Origin: an uncultured Actinomycetes bacterium
GTDB lineage: Bacteria > Actinomycetota > Thermoleophilia > Gaiellales > JAICJC01
Assembly: GCA_963746115.1 (NCBI GenBank)
Contig: CAVVAA010000004.1
Location: 431,218-495,217, forward strand
DNA length: 64,000 bases
Direction: 5' to 3'
Shown: positions 62,243-64,000 of the stretch, one piece after another
How the letters are laid out: each line of letters starts with the position of its first letter
Position numbering within the stretch: the first letter of the stretch is position 1
Notes under the pieces: generated by a model
Seen by the model: the letters and a program-made list of their open reading frames with translations, nothing else
Database searches by the model: none
What the model was told of the DNA's origin: nothing
Program-made: the position numbers and the translations under genes

Positions 62243-62778
62243 GCGGGCCGCCCCCACCCGACCCGCTGCCGTGGCGGGCCGCCAGGGTCACGCTGCGGCG
62301 ACTTCGCCCTGACGACCTGGCCGGGTTCCAGGCGTATCGCGGAGACCCCGAGGTCGGCCGCTACCAGGGCTGGGAGCCGACGACGGATGCCGCTGCGCGC
62401 GCGCTCATCGCGGAGATGGCCGCGGCGCCCTGCCCGACCCTGGGCGGGTGGGTGCAGATCGCGATCGCGGACGCCGGGAGCGACGCGCTCCTCGGCGACA
62501 TCGGCCTGCACGTGTCCGAGTCGGGAGAGGAGGCGGAGCTCGGCATCACCCTCGCCCGGGCCGCGCAGGGCCGTGGCCTGGCCGAGGAGGCCGCCCGGGC
62601 GCTGATCGCGGGGCTGCGGTCGGACACGGCCGTCCGCCGCCTGATCGGGATCACGGACGTCCGCAACGCTCCCAGCGCGCGTCTGCTGGAGCGGCTCGGG
62701 ATGACGCTCGAAGCGGAGGAGGAGGCGATGTTCCGCGGAGAGCTCTGCCGTGAGTGGCGCTACGGGCTCGTGCTCTAG
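62239..62778 (+). CDS. GNAT-family N-acetyltransferase. No canonical start codon was found.
   Basis: C-terminal part of track ORF 61492..62778: [30 protein letters not shown]...[24 protein letters not shown]...[13 protein letters not shown]. The first in-frame codon after the LigD stop is CTG 62239, so the start coordinate is provisional. Confidence 0.65.
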   Translation: MSGPPPPDPLPWRAARVTLRRLRPDDLAGFQAYRGDPEVGRYQGWEPTTDAAARALIAEMAAAPCPTLGGWVQIAIADAGSDALLGDIGLHVSESGEEAELGITLARAAQGRGLAEEAARALIAGLRSDTAVRRLIGITDVRNAPSARLLERLGMTLEAEEEAMFRGELCREWRYGLVL

Positions 62779-62810
62779 GCAGCGCGGTCGTCGCTACCCT
62801 GCCCGGCGAC

Positions 62811-64000
62811 ATGCAGGCCCGGGCCGACATCCGCAACATCGCGATCATCGCCCACGTCGACCACGGCAAGACGACGCTCGTCGACGCGCTCCTGCGCCAG
62901 TCGGGGACGTTCGCCGCCCACGAGGAGGCCGTCGACCGGGTCATGGACGCCGGGCTCGAGCGCGAGCGCGGCATCACGATCCTGGCCAAGAACACGGCGG
63001 TGCGCTTCGGCGACACGAAGATCAACATCATCGACACCCCCGGCCATGCCGACTTCGGCGGCGAGGTCGAGCGCGGGCTCTCGATGGTCGACGGCGTGCT
63101 GCTGCTGGTCGACGCGAGCGAGGGGCCGCTGCCGCAGACCCGGTTCGTGCTGCGCAAAGCGCTCCAGGGCCGGCTCCCGGTGATCCTCGTGGTGAACAAG
63201 ATCGACCGCCCCGACGCCCGCATCGCCGAGGTCGTCGACGAGGTGTACGCGCTCTTCTTCGACGAGGACGCCGACGAGTCGCAGATCGACTTCCCCATCG
63301 TGTACACGAACGCGCGGCTGGGCACGGCGACCCTCGACCCGGATGTCGCCGGCGAGACAATCCGGCCGCTGCTCGAGCTGATCGTCTCGCACATGCCCGC
63401 GCCGACCTTCGACCCGGGGCACCCCTTCCAGGCCCAGGTCGCGAACCTCGACTCGTCGCCGTATCTCGGCCGGCTCGCCCTGTGCCGCGTGCGCCACGGA
63501 GAGATCGCGCGCGGATCGGCCGTCGCCTGGTGCCGCCGCGACGGCACGCTGACGTCGATCCGGCTGACCGAGCTGCTCGTCGCCGAGGGCCTCGAGCGCG
63601 TCCCGGCCGAGCGGGCGGGGCCGGGCGAGATCATCGCCGTCGCCGGCCTCGACGAGGTGATGATCGGCGAGACCATCGCGGATCCCGACGACCCGCGGCC
63701 GCTGCCGCTGATCGTCGTCGACGAGCCCAGCCTCGCCGTTACGGTCGCGATCAACACGAGCCCGCTCGCGGGTCGCAGCGGCTCGCGCCTGACGGCGCGC
63801 ATGATCAAGGACCGGCTCGACCGCGAGCTGCTCGGAAACGTCGGCCTGCGCGTGCTCGACACCGACCGGCCGGACACATGGGAGGTGCAGGGCCGCGGCG
63901 AGATGCAGTTCGCCGTCCTGGCCGAGATGATGCGCCGCGAGGGCTACGAGATCACCATCGGCAAGCCGCGAGTGGTCACGCGCACCGTCGCCGGGAAGCT
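62811..64000 (+). CDS. typA: Translational GTPase TypA/BipA, N-terminal ~396 aa; continues beyond the right edge
   Basis: Own translation from ATG 62811. [28 protein letters not shown]...[16 protein letters not shown]...VVNKIDRP... . Not in the ORF track because there is no stop in the window. Confidence 0.92.
   Translation, partial: MQARADIRNIAIIAHVDHGKTTLVDALLRQSGTFAAHEEAVDRVMDAGLERERGITILAKNTAVRFGDTKINIIDTPGHADFGGEVERGLSMVDGVLLLVDASEGPLPQTRFVLRKALQGRLPVILVVNKIDRPDARIAEVVDEVYALFFDEDADESQIDFPIVYTNARLGTATLDPDVAGETIRPLLELIVSHMPAPTFDPGHPFQAQVANLDSSPYLGRLALCRVRHGEIARGSAVAWCRRDGTLTSIRLTELLVAEGLERVPAERAGPGEIIAVAGLDEVMIGETIADPDDPRPLPLIVVDEPSLAVTVAINTSPLAGRSGSRLTARMIKDRLDRELLGNVGLRVLDTDRPDTWEVQGRGEMQFAVLAEMMRREGYEITIGKPRVVTRTVAGK

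Noticed and set aside
1-64000. Search for tRNA, rRNA, tmRNA, transposase, integrase, prophage or toxin-antitoxin genes.
   Set aside because: I saw no cloverleaf-compatible or rRNA-like segments, no DDE/tyrosine-recombinase/serine-recombinase motifs and no terminal inverted repeats flanking a gene block. The window looks like core or accessory chromosome rather than a mobile element. This was by eye only; a tRNAscan/Infernal run would be needed for certainty.

Overview
This is a 64-kb, very GC-rich (by eye about 70-75% G+C), gene-dense chromosomal segment with actinobacterial-style gene content. I cannot assign a taxon from sequence alone. I support about 60 protein-coding genes and found no rRNA, tRNA, CRISPR array, transposase or integrase. 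Many long ORFs in the supplied track are antisense or out-of-frame shadows typical of high-GC DNA and were discarded. Several real genes were trimmed to internal starts that have an RBS or a start/stop overlap.

The centrepiece is a complete bacterial microcompartment (BMC) operon at 30248-36419, with flanking genes from 28935 to 42190. It encodes:
- a class-III aminotransferase-fold enzyme and an acylating aldehyde dehydrogenase with a C-terminal amphipathic tail;
- two paralogous tandem-BMC-like proteins, a canonical BMC-H hexamer and an EutN/CcmL-type pentamer;
- an APH-fold kinase, then an SDR, a HutC-type GntR regulator and an APC permease.

From memory, this content and order match the RMM / aminoacetone-aminopropanol utilisation microcompartment of Mycobacterium and Rhodococcus, so the organelle class is known. 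What looks unusual is the set of extra genes (FAD oxidase, GNAT, formamidase-family amidase, unknown proteins) and a palindromic repeat element inserted in frame into a BMC-associated gene.

Second theme: three related families of perfect 13-nt palindromes (GGGGACWGTCCCC, GGTGCCWGGCACC, GGGGTCWGACCCC). They usually occur in pairs, mostly at gene ends. Two extended copies carry the stop codons of flanking genes.

Third theme: many genes are broken by single-base frame shifts, with clusters at 20032-28239 and 59949-62242. Nearly all that I could phase are +1 (one extra base). This is either indel error in the assembly or real gene decay.

Other content:
- a two-component system with an ABC exporter and a LolA-like protein;
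- a formaldehyde-activating-enzyme homologue;
- RCC1, beta-propeller and DUF11-type secreted proteins;
- a choline-kinase / dimethylglycine-oxidase / glpK / glpD block;
- a GntR/LacI-controlled carbohydrate island;
- a desaturase/P450 membrane cluster;
- a stand-alone LigD polymerase domain;
- the start of typA at the right edge.

All functional calls rest on motif and family recognition by eye. No database search was run.
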